A stretch of 64,000 nt of DNA from an uncultured Gilliamella sp. (GTDB taxonomy: Bacteria > Pseudomonadota > Gammaproteobacteria > Enterobacterales > Orbaceae), in NCBI GenBank assembly GCA_946482005.1, contig CAMLPV010000011.1, forward strand, positions 7,276-71,275, read 5' to 3'. The notes beneath the pieces are model-generated. The model made no database searches, had not been told where the DNA came from, and saw only the letters and a program-made list of their open reading frames with translations. Of the stretch, positions 10,822 through 21,709 are shown piece by piece; position 1 is the stretch's first letter, and each line of letters begins with the position of its first letter. The position numbers and the translations under genes were made by a program.

Positions 10822-12458
10822 CCATATTACGTCCTTATATCGCACTGTATAAACACTATTTTTGGCAAATTTTGTGTGGTCTATCTTTAGCGCTTTTGAC
10901 TCTTTTTACTAGTGTATTTTTACTCTCTTTATCGGGTTGGTTTCTAGCTTCAACGGCAGTTGTTGGGGTTGCTGGCTTATATACTTTTAACTATATGTTA
11001 CCGGCAGCGGGAGTGCGTGGGGCAGCAATTACTCGCACAGCAGCACGCTATATGGAACGCTTGGTGGATCATAATACGACATTTAAGATCTTGGCCTATT
11101 TAAGGACATTAGCTTTTCGTAAGATTTTACCACTGAGTGCCAATCAGTTAGCTCAATATCAAAGAGCCGATTTACTTAACCGCTTTATTGTTGATATTGA
11201 TGCGCTGGATCATCTTTATCTCAAACTGTTTTCGCCTATTGTGACCGCCTTGCTCACGATTGGTATAATCTTTATTGTGCTAAGTAATATCAATCTACCG
11301 GTAGCGCTTGTTATCACTATTATTCTGACCCTTACTTTATTAGTCGTACCCGTTATTTTTTACCAAGCTGGAAAAGAACTGGGCAAGAACTTAGCAAAGC
11401 AACAAAGTGAATATCGCTTATTACTGATCAATTATTTACAAGGGCAAGCTGAACTTACCCTTTTCAATGCTCAATCTCGTTATCGTCACAAACTGGATGA
11501 ACTGGAAACAAATTGGCTTCGTAATCAACAGCAGCAATCAACTTTAATGGCACTTTCAAGTGCATTAGTATTATTGATCGCTGGCTTTTTAACGCTATTG
11601 GTTCTTTGGTTAATTACGCAATATACCCTTTCGCCTTTAGTTGCCTTATTTGTATTTGTGAGTCTTGCCAGTGCCGAAATTCTAGCACCAATCCCTGGTG
11701 CGTTTATCTTTTTAGGGCAAGTATTAACCTCCGCTACGCGCACAACAGCAATTTTTAATCAAACACCTGATATTAAATTTATCTCGGAAAGTGAAAGCAA
11801 AAAAGTTGATTTAAGTTCAGCAACGCTACAATTTGAAAACATCAATTTTAGTTATCCCAATCAACCTTTCGCGGTATTAACAGATTTTTCGTTAACGGTT
11901 AATCAAGGGGAACATATTGGATTAATTGGAAAAACTGGGTGCGGTAAATCAACATTATTAAATCTCGTTAATCGCGCTTGGGAACCCACCTCAGGCAATA
12001 TCTATTTTAATGGCACACCATTGAATCAATTGGACGAAAAAACCTTACGACAAGCGATTGCGATGGTGCCACAAGTTATTGCAATTTTTAGTGATACCTT
12101 AAAGCAAAACTTGTTGATAGGCAATGCACAAGCTACTGAGCAACAACTTATCGAAGTCTTAAAACAAGTTGAACTTGAAAAATTGTTAAATACAGATCAA
12201 GGTTTGAATTTGCCTATCGGTCAAGGTGGTCGCGCTTTATCGGGTGGAGAAATTCGTCGTATTGGTATTGCCAGAGCTTTACTGCACAACTCTCCACTCA
12301 TTTTGATGGATGAACCAACAGAAAGCCTTGATCAGCAGACCGAGCAACAAATTATTCAATTGATCAAACAAACTTGTAAAAATAAAACGTTAATTATGGT
12401 TACCCATCGTTTAACGGATAATCCATTATTTGATAGAGTTATTGCTCTTAATAGTTGA
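10815..12458 (+). CDS. cydC: Thiol reductant ABC exporter subunit CydC
   Basis: FNYMLPAAGVR, GKTGCGKS, LSGGE. Confidence 0.93.
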   Translation: MLAILRPYIALYKHYFWQILCGLSLALLTLFTSVFLLSLSGWFLASTAVVGVAGLYTFNYMLPAAGVRGAAITRTAARYMERLVDHNTTFKILAYLRTLAFRKILPLSANQLAQYQRADLLNRFIVDIDALDHLYLKLFSPIVTALLTIGIIFIVLSNINLPVALVITIILTLTLLVVPVIFYQAGKELGKNLAKQQSEYRLLLINYLQGQAELTLFNAQSRYRHKLDELETNWLRNQQQQSTLMALSSALVLLIAGFLTLLVLWLITQYTLSPLVALFVFVSLASAEILAPIPGAFIFLGQVLTSATRTTAIFNQTPDIKFISESESKKVDLSSATLQFENINFSYPNQPFAVLTDFSLTVNQGEHIGLIGKTGCGKSTLLNLVNRAWEPTSGNIYFNGTPLNQLDEKTLRQAIAMVPQVIAIFSDTLKQNLLIGNAQATEQQLIEVLKQVELEKLLNTDQGLNLPIGQGGRALSGGEIRRIGIARALLHNSPLILMDEPTESLDQQTEQQIIQLIKQTCKNKTLIMVTHRLTDNPLFDRVIALNS

Positions 12459-12597
12459 ATTAATGAAATAATTTTTATTCAAACATATAGTGAATCTGAA
12501 CTTCTTGACAAAATATACAAGGTCAATGTTATCTTCACCGTTATTTTTTAAAAATATGATATACTGATGCTTTAATTTTTATGATAGAGAGATTATT

Positions 12598-12912
12598 TTG
12601 CAACAGTCGTTACAAGATTTTATTATCGATAAGATTGATGATCTAAAAGGCAAAGACATTGTTACCTTAGATGTGCGTGGTAAATCAAGCATTACCGATT
12701 ATATGATTGTCTGTACGGGCACTTCAAACCGTCACGTATCATCCATTGCAGGGCATTTACTTGATGAAGCGAAAAAACATGGGCTTCTTGTTTTAGGTAG
12801 CGAGGGCCAAAATGATGCTGACTGGGTAGTGGTTGATATGGATTCAGTCATTGTACATATTATGCAAGAAGAAACCCGTCAACTTTACGAACTCGAAAAA
12901 CTTTGGAGTTAG
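12598..12912 (+). CDS. rsfS: Ribosome silencing factor
   Basis: [27 protein letters not shown]. Confidence 0.95.
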   Translation: MQQSLQDFIIDKIDDLKGKDIVTLDVRGKSSITDYMIVCTGTSNRHVSSIAGHLLDEAKKHGLLVLGSEGQNDADWVVVDMDSVIVHIMQEETRQLYELEKLWS

Positions 12913-12916
12913 TGGC

Positions 12917-13387
12917 GTGAAGATACAGCTTATCGCTGTTGGCAACAAAATGCCAAGTTGGGTTACCACCGCTTTTGAAGATTATCGTTCGCGCTTCCCT
13001 AAAGATATGCCACTAGAACTTATCGAAATTCCAGCTGGAAAACGAACTAAAAATGCAGATATTGCCCGAATTTTAGATAAAGAAGGCGAACAAATGTTAA
13101 CAAATTGCGGTAAAGGCAACTGCATTATCACATTAGATATTCCAGGTAAACCTTACACTACGCATAATTTAGCACAACAGTTAGAACGTTGGAAAACTGA
13201 TGGCCGTGATGTGAGCTTGCTCATTGGGGGGCCTGAAGGCTTATCTCCTGCTTGTAAAGCTGCGGCAGAGCAGAGCTGGTCGCTGTCGCCTCTTACGCTT
13301 CCACATCCTTTAGTGCGTGTCATTGTCGCAGAAAGCCTTTATCGAGCATGGAGCTTAACCACTAACCATCCTTATCATCGTGAATAA
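12917..13387 (+). CDS. rlmH: 23S rRNA m3Psi1915 methyltransferase
   Basis: GTG start KIQLIAVG; IGGPEGL, C-terminal HPYHRE. Confidence 0.95.
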   Translation: MKIQLIAVGNKMPSWVTTAFEDYRSRFPKDMPLELIEIPAGKRTKNADIARILDKEGEQMLTNCGKGNCIITLDIPGKPYTTHNLAQQLERWKTDGRDVSLLIGGPEGLSPACKAAAEQSWSLSPLTLPHPLVRVIVAESLYRAWSLTTNHPYHRE

Positions 13388-13410
13388 ATAAATTAGGTAA
13401 ACACAGTAAA

Positions 13411-13878
13411 ATGAGTGCAATTATTTTAGATTTGCAAATAGCTACAGACGATAACCAAAATTTGCCAACTGAAGAACAAATTATGCAATGGTTAAACGTG
13501 ATTTTGCCTCAATTTATGGATAATGCTGAAATCACTATCCGAATTGTGGATGAACAAGAAAGCCAGCAGTTAAATAATACATACCGCCACAAAGATAAAC
13601 CCACCAATGTACTCTCTTTTCCATTTGAATCACCGATTGAAATTGAGGTACCACTATTGGGTGATTTGATTATTTGCAAACAAGTGGTGGAAGCTGAAGC
13701 GAAAGAACAACATAAATCGTTAACTTCACATTGGGCACATATGATCGTGCATGGTTGTTTGCATCTATTAGGATATGATCATATTCTTGACGAAGAAGCC
13801 GAAGAAATGGAAAATATCGAAATTGATATAATGCAACAACTAGGATTTAATAATCCATATCAACCGATTGACGAATAA
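13411..13878 (+). CDS. ybeY: rRNA maturation endoribonuclease YbeY
   Basis: [18 protein letters not shown]. Confidence 0.96.
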   Translation: MSAIILDLQIATDDNQNLPTEEQIMQWLNVILPQFMDNAEITIRIVDEQESQQLNNTYRHKDKPTNVLSFPFESPIEIEVPLLGDLIICKQVVEAEAKEQHKSLTSHWAHMIVHGCLHLLGYDHILDEEAEEMENIEIDIMQQLGFNNPYQPIDE

Positions 13879-13882
13879 CTGT

Positions 13883-13913
13883 GTTTAGTTATCATCATTG
13901 ATGATAACTAAAC
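13883..13913. repeat. Perfect 14-bp inverted repeat between ybeY and corC
   Basis: gtttagttatcatc-att-gatgataactaaac. Confidence 0.85.
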
Positions 13914-13960
13914 TGAAGTAAAAATAATTAAATACAATAAATTAGTAAAGGAAAAAGCAA

Positions 13961-14824
13961 ATGAGCGATGATAATCCCCGGAGATCCAAAAAAGGGTTTG
14001 CCTTATGGTTAAGTCAGTTATTTCATTCAGAACCCAAAGATAAAGAAGAACTGATTGAAGTTATACGCGAAGCTGAAGAAAACGAGCTTATCGATCCAGA
14101 TACACTTGATATGATTGAAGGCGTAATGGATATAGCCGAACAACGCATTCGCGATATTATGATCCCCCGCTCACAAATTGTTACTATCAAAGACAATTAT
14201 TCACTTGATCAATGCTTAGATATTATTTCTGAACATGGTCACTCTCGTTATCCTGTAATTAGTGAAGATAGAGACCACATTGAAGGTGTGTTACTGGCGA
14301 AAGATTTACTCATATTTATCCGCCAAGGTATTGACGGTTTCGATTTAAAAAAGATACTACGACCAACGGTTATTGTGCCAGAAAGTAAACGTGTTGATCA
14401 TATGTTAAAAGAGTTTCGTATGCAACGTTACCATATGGCAATAGCGATTGATGAATTTGGTGGAGTATCAGGTCTTGTTACAATTGAAGATATTTTAGAG
14501 CTCATTGTAGGTGATATTGAAGATGAATATGATGAAGTTGAAGATCGGGATGTTCGTCGCTTATCTCCTTTGGTTTACACCGTACGTGCGCTCACTCCTG
14601 TAGAAGATTTTAACGAAATTTTTGCGACACATTTTAGTGATGACGAAATGGATACGATTGGTGGTTTGGTAATGCAACATTTTGGACGCTTACCTTTACG
14701 TGGTGAAAGTATAATCATTGACGGTTATCAATTTAAAGTAACCATAGCCGATAAAAGACGTATCATCCAACTGCATGTAACTATTCCGGAAGATGCCACA
14801 GTGCCTAATTTAGAGTTGCCATAA
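13961..14824 (+). CDS. corC: CBS/CorC Mg2+/Co2+ transport protein
   Basis: [26 protein letters not shown]; ybeY-ybeX-lnt order. Confidence 0.93.
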   Translation: MSDDNPRRSKKGFALWLSQLFHSEPKDKEELIEVIREAEENELIDPDTLDMIEGVMDIAEQRIRDIMIPRSQIVTIKDNYSLDQCLDIISEHGHSRYPVISEDRDHIEGVLLAKDLLIFIRQGIDGFDLKKILRPTVIVPESKRVDHMLKEFRMQRYHMAIAIDEFGGVSGLVTIEDILELIVGDIEDEYDEVEDRDVRRLSPLVYTVRALTPVEDFNEIFATHFSDDEMDTIGGLVMQHFGRLPLRGESIIIDGYQFKVTIADKRRIIQLHVTIPEDATVPNLELP

Positions 14825-14825
14825 C

Positions 14826-16367
14826 ATGCTTAAATATCTGCTACTAAGTTTTATTTACGGTTGCATCGCTGTTTTTAGTTATGCTCCCTTTCATATTTGG
14901 CCTTTAGCATTTATCTCTTTTGCTGGCCTATTATGGCTTATTGCGAATAAAACTAAAAAACAAGCAATGTTATTAGGATTGACTTGGGGAATTGGTTATT
15001 TTACCTCAGGGGTCCATTGGGTTTATATCAGTATTAAACAATATGGGGAACTACCTACACCTATTGCAATGGTGATACTAGGCTTTCTGATCCTATATTT
15101 GTCACTTTACCCGATGTTATTTGCTTTTTTACTTAGAAATGCAGATCGTTTAGCACCTCAATTTTCATTCAAGCAATTGGCATTAGCTGCACCTATCTTA
15201 TGGCAATGTACTGAATTTTTACGTGGTTACATTTTAACGGGTTTTTCCTGGTTACAACTTGGTTATAGCCAACTTGATAGCCCACTGCGGACCTATTTTC
15301 CTATCGTTGGTATAGATGGTGTGAATTTGCTAACTTGTTTTTTATGTGGACTAGCTATTTACAGTTTATATAAAATTAAGCAACATCAATCCCAAAAGCA
15401 CGCGCTTGGTGCAATAATTGCACTATTAACGATCTTCATTGCACCAATTTTATTCAAAGATAAAAACTGGACCGAAGTTGATCATCATCGTATAGCGAAT
15501 TTTTCATTAATTCAGGGCAATATTCCACAAACTTTAAGGTGGAGCAGTGAACAATTAAATAATACTTTAGAAACCTATTATCAACTTACCCAACAAAGTT
15601 TTGGTAAAGACAAGATTATAATATGGTCAGAAGCCAGCATTACAGATTTTGAAACCAATCAACAACCTTTTTTATATTATCTAGATAATCAAGCAAGGGC
15701 GAATGATTCTGAAATTGCCGTTGGTATTATTGATTATCGTTTTAATGAACCAGACAATCGAAATAAAGGTAATATTTATAATTCGTTAATTGTATTGGGC
15801 AAAAAAGAACCCTATCAATACCCAACAGCTCATCGTTATCAAAAACATCATTTAGTACCATTTGGTGAATTTACACCATTTGAATCTTTACTTGAACCCA
15901 TTACTGAACTGCTTAATATTCCAATGTCTTCAATGAAAGCAGGCGATGAAACACAGCCCCAATTAACCATGAAAGGGTTTAAATTCACAACCGCTATCTG
16001 TTATGAAGTAATTTTATCCGATCTTATATGGGAAAACTTTAAGCCTGATACAGATTTTTTACTCACTGTCTCAAATGATGCTTGGTTTGGTGATAGTATT
16101 GGTCCAAAACAGCATTTGCAAATGGCACAAGCTAGAGCATTAGAGTTTGGTCGTCCATTAATTCGCAGTACTAATAATGGTATTACCGCAATAATTAACC
16201 AGCAAGGAAGAATCATAAAACAAATTCCAGCATTTACCACCACTGTTTTAACTGAGAGTCTATCACCAACTACTGGCCTAACTCCTTATGCTAGATGGGG
16301 AAATAAACCTTATTTATTGTTCATGATATTAATGTGTATCCCAATATTTATAAAAAGACGTTCATAA
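14826..16367 (+). CDS. lnt: Apolipoprotein N-acyltransferase
   Basis: QGNI, KHHLVPFGEF, ICYE, SNDAWFG. Confidence 0.95.
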   Translation: MLKYLLLSFIYGCIAVFSYAPFHIWPLAFISFAGLLWLIANKTKKQAMLLGLTWGIGYFTSGVHWVYISIKQYGELPTPIAMVILGFLILYLSLYPMLFAFLLRNADRLAPQFSFKQLALAAPILWQCTEFLRGYILTGFSWLQLGYSQLDSPLRTYFPIVGIDGVNLLTCFLCGLAIYSLYKIKQHQSQKHALGAIIALLTIFIAPILFKDKNWTEVDHHRIANFSLIQGNIPQTLRWSSEQLNNTLETYYQLTQQSFGKDKIIIWSEASITDFETNQQPFLYYLDNQARANDSEIAVGIIDYRFNEPDNRNKGNIYNSLIVLGKKEPYQYPTAHRYQKHHLVPFGEFTPFESLLEPITELLNIPMSSMKAGDETQPQLTMKGFKFTTAICYEVILSDLIWENFKPDTDFLLTVSNDAWFGDSIGPKQHLQMAQARALEFGRPLIRSTNNGITAIINQQGRIIKQIPAFTTTVLTESLSPTTGLTPYARWGNKPYLLFMILMCIPIFIKRRS

Positions 16368-16594
16368 TTTACGATAATGGCATAAATATTGCTTAACTAT
16401 ACCTAGTTTCAAATAAAATCATGTTCAGAAATAATTGCTTATAAAGCATAATTATAGCTACGCATTTGGAGCCAATGATATATAAATAAACAGTAAAAAG
16501 TACTTTTATGCTAAAAAATAAGTTATAATATACGCCCTTTGTAAAAATATTAAATAAATTTAATATGATACAAATCAAACAGTAGGAGACGAGA

Positions 16595-17503
16595 ATGAAC
16601 AAAAAGACAAAATTAACCAAATTAGTTTTATCACTTGCAATGTTAGGTCTAATGACTGGTTCGGCATTAGCTGAAGAACTTACTGGCACGTTAGCTAAAA
16701 TTAAAGAAAGTGGTGTTATTGTTGTTGGTCATCGTGAATCTTCTATTCCATTTTCCTACTATGGCGATAAGCAAGAAGTGATTGGCTATTCACAAGATTA
16801 CTCTAATCTAATCGTAGATGCAGTGAAAAAAGAGTTAAACTTACCTGACCTTAAAGTAAAATATTTACCTGTTACTTCTAAGACACGTATTCAACTTCTT
16901 AACAACTATACTTACGATTTTGAATGTGGTTCAACTACTAATAATCTTGAACGCCAAAAAACAGTTGATTTTTCAGACACCATCTTTATTGTAGGTACGC
17001 GCTTTTTAGTTAAAGCAGATAGTAATATCAATACTATTGAAGATTTAAAAGGCAAAAATGTAGTAACGACTGCGGGTACTACTTCTGAAATCCGTTTAAA
17101 TCAAATCAACAATAAAGAAAAATTAGGTATCCGGATCATTACCCCAAAAGATCATGGTGATGCATTTTATGCACTTGAAACTGGTCGTGCTGCTGCATTT
17201 TTAATGGATGATGCTTTATTGGCTGGTGAACGTTCACGTGCAATTAATCCTGCTGAGTGGAAAATTGTTGGTGAACCTTTATCTTATGAATCTTACGGTT
17301 GTATGTTAAGAAAGGGTGACACTCAATTTAAACAACTAATGGACAACGCCATTGCTGAAGCCCAAAAATCAGGAAAAGCATTAGAGTCTTATAACAAATG
17401 GTTCACTCAACCAGTACCACCAAAAGGTGCAAATATGGAACTTGAAATTTCACCGAAAATGGTTGAGCTTTTTGCAAACCCTAACGATAAAGCATTAGAT
17501 TAA
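16595..17503 (+). CDS. gltI: Glutamate/aspartate ABC substrate-binding protein
   Basis: GHRESSIPFSY, ECGSTTNN, signal peptide. Confidence 0.93.
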   Translation: MNKKTKLTKLVLSLAMLGLMTGSALAEELTGTLAKIKESGVIVVGHRESSIPFSYYGDKQEVIGYSQDYSNLIVDAVKKELNLPDLKVKYLPVTSKTRIQLLNNYTYDFECGSTTNNLERQKTVDFSDTIFIVGTRFLVKADSNINTIEDLKGKNVVTTAGTTSEIRLNQINNKEKLGIRIITPKDHGDAFYALETGRAAAFLMDDALLAGERSRAINPAEWKIVGEPLSYESYGCMLRKGDTQFKQLMDNAIAEAQKSGKALESYNKWFTQPVPPKGANMELEISPKMVELFANPNDKALD

Positions 17504-17526
17504 TACTTTTCTTATCTTTCTAATCC

Positions 17527-17556
17527 ATGTACTAAATGCTGCAGCATTTAGTACAT
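17527..17556. repeat. Perfect 30-bp palindrome in the gltI-gltJ spacer
   Basis: atgtactaaatgctg|cagcatttagtacat. Confidence 0.85.
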
Positions 17557-17583
17557 AATCTAAATTAGTGAATTAAATATATT

Positions 17584-18318
17584 ATGAGTTTTAATTGGAC
17601 ACTATTTTTTGAACCCACCCCTTATGGTGATGGGATTTATTTAAATTGGCTGTTAGATGGCATTTTTGTGACCATTTCATTAGCCATTACAGCATGGATC
17701 ATCGCCTTTGTGCTGGGTTCATTGGTTGGTATCTGTAGAACACTTGACAACAAGTTTCTAAGTAATTTTGCGGCAAGCTATATTCAGCTATTTCGTAATA
17801 TCCCTTTACTTGTACAAATGTTTTTATGGAGTATGCTATTTCCTGAACTTCTGATAGGCAGTTTAAGAACGTGGTTTGTATCTGATTTATCACCAGATAT
17901 TAGTTCGTTCATCATGGCCGCAACTGCTTTAGGATTGTTCACATCTGCTCGAATTGCCGAGCAAGTAAGAACGGGTATTCAAACTTTGCCTAAAGGCCAA
18001 AGATATGCAGCAATCGCACTTGGTTTAACCAATAGTCAAGCATATAGATACGTTTTATTACCTAATGCTTATCGTCGCATTATTCCACCATTAACATCAG
18101 AAATGACTAATATTATTAAAAACTCATCTGTTGCTTCAACAATTGGGTTAATAGATTTAATTGGACAGATTGATCGTATTAATGAATCAACCAATAGTAT
18201 TGTCGAAATTTTGTGTGGTGTAACGATTGCCTTTATGCTAATAAATTATGCGGTACTCACTATTATGCGTATTGTTGAAAAACATACTCGCTTACCTAAC
18301 ATGAATCATGGAGGATAA
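17584..18318 (+). CDS. gltJ: Glutamate/aspartate ABC permease
   Basis: [16 protein letters not shown], operon position. Confidence 0.88.
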   Translation: MSFNWTLFFEPTPYGDGIYLNWLLDGIFVTISLAITAWIIAFVLGSLVGICRTLDNKFLSNFAASYIQLFRNIPLLVQMFLWSMLFPELLIGSLRTWFVSDLSPDISSFIMAATALGLFTSARIAEQVRTGIQTLPKGQRYAAIALGLTNSQAYRYVLLPNAYRRIIPPLTSEMTNIIKNSSVASTIGLIDLIGQIDRINESTNSIVEILCGVTIAFMLINYAVLTIMRIVEKHTRLPNMNHGG

Positions 18319-18319
18319 G

Positions 18320-19021
18320 ATGCAGCTTTTTGATTGGATTGCGGATATACCTTCATTGGTATTTGATAATTATCATTTACTATTAAGTGGTTTATGGTTA
18401 ACAACAAAAATCACCCTTAATGCGGTCATTTTTGGTATTGTTTGGGGTACTATGCTTGCGTTAATGCGTTTATCAAATAATAAATTGCTTAATATTTTTG
18501 CTAAATGCTACGTAAATTTATTTCGTTCCATTCCACTATTATTAGTGCTGTTATGGTTCTATTTAGCATTGCCACAAGTTATTAAATATATATTTAATTT
18601 ACCACCTTATGCGGATGTACGTATTGTTTCGGCAATGATAGCTTTTGCACTTTTTGAAGCAGCTTATTATTCAGAAATCATTCGCGCGGGTATCAATGCA
18701 GTGAACAAAGGCCAATATCATGCTGCTTATGCTTTAGGTATGACTAAAGGTCAGGCCATGCGCTTAATTATCTTACCTCAAGCATTTCGGTCTATGGTGC
18801 CACTGTTACTAACTCAAGGTATTATCTTATTCCAAGACACCTCGTTAGTTTTTGTGATGAGTTTAATTGACCTTTTCGGTGCAAGTGTAACTCAAATTGG
18901 TAAAGTTCAAGGCGGTACGATTAAATATTCAATGCTTATTTTTGCAGCAGCAAGTTATTTTGTAATTTGTTTTACTGCTTCACTGTTAGTTAATTATTTT
19001 AAGAAAGGGATAAATCGATGA
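18320..19021 (+). CDS. gltK: Glutamate/aspartate ABC permease
   Basis: [26 protein letters not shown]; GGAGG RBS favours ATG 18320. Confidence 0.88.
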   Translation: MQLFDWIADIPSLVFDNYHLLLSGLWLTTKITLNAVIFGIVWGTMLALMRLSNNKLLNIFAKCYVNLFRSIPLLLVLLWFYLALPQVIKYIFNLPPYADVRIVSAMIAFALFEAAYYSEIIRAGINAVNKGQYHAAYALGMTKGQAMRLIILPQAFRSMVPLLLTQGIILFQDTSLVFVMSLIDLFGASVTQIGKVQGGTIKYSMLIFAAASYFVICFTASLLVNYFKKGINR

Positions 19022-19743
19022 TCTCCTTAGAAAATATATCAAAATGGTATGGACAATTTCGAGTTTTAAAAAACTGCACAACAAGAGTAGGTAAAGGTGA
19101 GGTTGTCGTTGTTTGTGGACCTTCTGGTTCAGGTAAATCAACATTAATCAAAACTGTTAATGGTTTAGAACCCGTACAACAAGGTAAAATCATTATTGAA
19201 GAGACAGAAATAACCGATCCCGCAACTAATTTAGCGAAATTACGATCAAAAGTGGGTATGGTATTTCAACATTTTGAACTCTTCCCTCATTTAACCATTT
19301 TAAAAAATTTAACGCTTGCCCAAATTAAAGTATTAGGTCGAGCGGATGAAGAGGCTCGTGAAAAAGCTCTTAATCTATTAGCACGTGTGGGTTTACTTGC
19401 TCATGCTGATAAATATCCTACCCAGCTTTCTGGTGGTCAACAGCAACGTGTTGCGATTGCTCGAGCGCTTTGCATGGATCCAATTGTTATGCTATTTGAT
19501 GAACCAACCTCAGCGCTTGATCCAGAAATGGTTAATGAAGTACTTGATGTAATGGTTGAACTTGCTTATGAAGGCATGACGATGATGGTTGTTACTCATG
19601 AAATGGGCTTTGCGCGTAAAGTTGCACACCGTGTTATCTTTATGGATAAGGGAGAAATTATTGAAGATACCTCAAAAGAACAATTCTTCTCTAATCCACA
19701 ATCAGATCGTGCTAAAGACTTCTTAGCTAAAATTATTCATTAA
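19018..19743 (+). CDS. gltL: Glutamate/aspartate ABC ATPase
   Basis: [24 protein letters not shown]. Confidence 0.93.
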   Translation: MISLENISKWYGQFRVLKNCTTRVGKGEVVVVCGPSGSGKSTLIKTVNGLEPVQQGKIIIEETEITDPATNLAKLRSKVGMVFQHFELFPHLTILKNLTLAQIKVLGRADEEAREKALNLLARVGLLAHADKYPTQLSGGQQQRVAIARALCMDPIVMLFDEPTSALDPEMVNEVLDVMVELAYEGMTMMVVTHEMGFARKVAHRVIFMDKGEIIEDTSKEQFFSNPQSDRAKDFLAKIIH

Positions 19744-19751
19744 TACCAATT

Positions 19752-19772
19752 ACAGGGCGATATGCCCTGTAC
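19752..19772 (+). terminator. Hairpin after gltL
   Basis: tacagggc-gatat-gccctgta. Confidence 0.55.
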
Positions 19773-19849
19773 TCTCTTCGTGCCTATATAATTTTTTATT
19801 TTTAATATCTAATAAAATAATCAATCTGCTAACTTTTATTTATAGAACT

Positions 19850-21700
19850 TTATCCTTTATTCAGTAATAAATTAACTAAACCACTGTGCCTTTGTGTTTG
19901 AGATTTTATTGCTTGTTGCAGAATTTGTTCCGTTGCATAAATTGAAACCGTTTTTTTAGCGCGAGTGATAGCGGTATAAAGTAATGAACGGTTAAGTAAT
20001 GGTGAATAATCCGTTGGCAAAATAATATTTACATGATCAAATTCTGATCCTTGTGATTTATGGATCGTCATTGCATAAGCCGTTTCATGCTCAGGTAATC
20101 GGAAAGGAGAAAACCCTTTTATCGAACCGTCCGCAAATGGAAAATAGACTCGTAATTTTGAATGGTCATGCTCTGCCCTTAAAGTAATTCCAATATCACC
20201 ATTATAAAGTCCTAATGAAATGCTATTGCGTAAAATCATAATCGGACGACCGACATACCAAGCTTCATCATTCTTAAGGTGAATGAACTTTTTTTGAGCT
20301 AATAAAGACTCGATTTGCTTATTTAAACCACTCACACCAAACTGTCCTTCTCGAACTGCGCAGAGTAAGCGATATTGCGCAAATTTATCTAAAATCGTTG
20401 CAATATCATCAACACCGTGTTGATTTATTGCATTTAGATAATGTTGATATTGATCCACACTATCATGTAAAACAGCTTGGTAGGCTTGCTGAGATGAAAG
20501 TTCCTGATACTTAATATCACTCAATGAAGCATTGTTTAATAATTGTTTAACAACACCTGATTTCCCATCTTTTACCGCATTAGCAAGTAAACCGATACCC
20601 GATGCTTCATCAAATCGATAACTCTTCTGTAATAAGCAAATACTGTCAGTAATGTTGGCTGTTCGCTCTGAAATTGGCACGTCATAACCTGTCACTTGGC
20701 TTAGTTCTTTAGCTCGTAATTCGCTATATCCATCAGTAATAAATGCACAGAGATCACCAAATACAGCACCTGCTTCGACCGATGAAAGTTGATCTTTATC
20801 GCCAAGCAAAATTAAGCGTGCTGAGGATGGTAACGCATCTATTACTCTCGCCATCATATTTAAGTCTACCATTGATGCTTCGTCTATCACTAATACATCC
20901 AAGTTGAGTGGATTATCTTTATCATAGGTGAACGAGCGATTATCCGCTTTGGCGCCCAATAAGCGATGCAAAGTAATTGATTCCGTATTAATATTTAAAG
21001 ATGATAAGGAAAGCTGTTCAATTGCTCGACTTAGCGATTCAGTTAATCTTGACGCCGCTTTACCTGTAGGTGCGGATGTAACTAATCGAGCTTTAGGATT
21101 AGTTTGCCTAATTGCAGCAAGTATTTTTGCAACTGTTGTGGTTTTACCCGTTCCCGGCCCACCAGAAATAATGGCTACTTTACGGGTTAATGCAACTGCC
21201 ACGGCAACTTTTTGCCAATCGATAGACTCTTCATTATTGCTAAAAAGCTGATTGAGAATTACATTTAAATCAATTAAGTAATTGGATTCTTGGGCAAGTG
21301 TTGTGTGATTAAAATATTGAGCCACATTGACTTCATCAAACCACATACGCTGAAAATAGAGTTTATTTTGGGTAAAAATAAGGGGTGATAAGTTTCTGCC
21401 ATCACTCACAACGTGTTTACTTTCAGCTTGTTCAAGTACAGCTTGCCAAGCTTGTTCACTCGGAGCCCCCAAATCCTGCCATAATTGTGGTTCAATGAAT
21501 TGTTGATTTAAATTAGTCAGATCAAGACAGACATGACCTGCTCTCACTTCTTTACTCAGTGATAAGACTAAAAAACTAAAACGTTTAGCTGTAATATCAT
21601 CATCTAGCTCCGCTTTATCGGTTAAAAACAGAGCTAAATGAATATCAAGTAAACTGATTTGGCTATTTTGTTCAAATTGGGTTAACCATTCTATTAACAT
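19850..21700 (-). CDS. recD: Exodeoxyribonuclease V alpha subunit
   Basis: DWQKVA, GGPGTGKT, IDEASM, TIHKSQGSEF. Confidence 0.95.
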   Translation of the reverse strand: MLIEWLTQFEQNSQISLLDIHLALFLTDKAELDDDITAKRFSFLVLSLSKEVRAGHVCLDLTNLNQQFIEPQLWQDLGAPSEQAWQAVLEQAESKHVVSDGRNLSPLIFTQNKLYFQRMWFDEVNVAQYFNHTTLAQESNYLIDLNVILNQLFSNNEESIDWQKVAVAVALTRKVAIISGGPGTGKTTTVAKILAAIRQTNPKARLVTSAPTGKAASRLTESLSRAIEQLSLSSLNINTESITLHRLLGAKADNRSFTYDKDNPLNLDVLVIDEASMVDLNMMARVIDALPSSARLILLGDKDQLSSVEAGAVFGDLCAFITDGYSELRAKELSQVTGYDVPISERTANITDSICLLQKSYRFDEASGIGLLANAVKDGKSGVVKQLLNNASLSDIKYQELSSQQAYQAVLHDSVDQYQHYLNAINQHGVDDIATILDKFAQYRLLCAVREGQFGVSGLNKQIESLLAQKKFIHLKNDEAWYVGRPIMILRNSISLGLYNGDIGITLRAEHDHSKLRVYFPFADGSIKGFSPFRLPEHETAYAMTIHKSQGSEFDHVNIILPTDYSPLLNRSLLYTAITRAKKTVSIYATEQILQQAIKSQTQRHSGLVNLLLNKG

Positions 21701-21709
21701 GGGATATGT

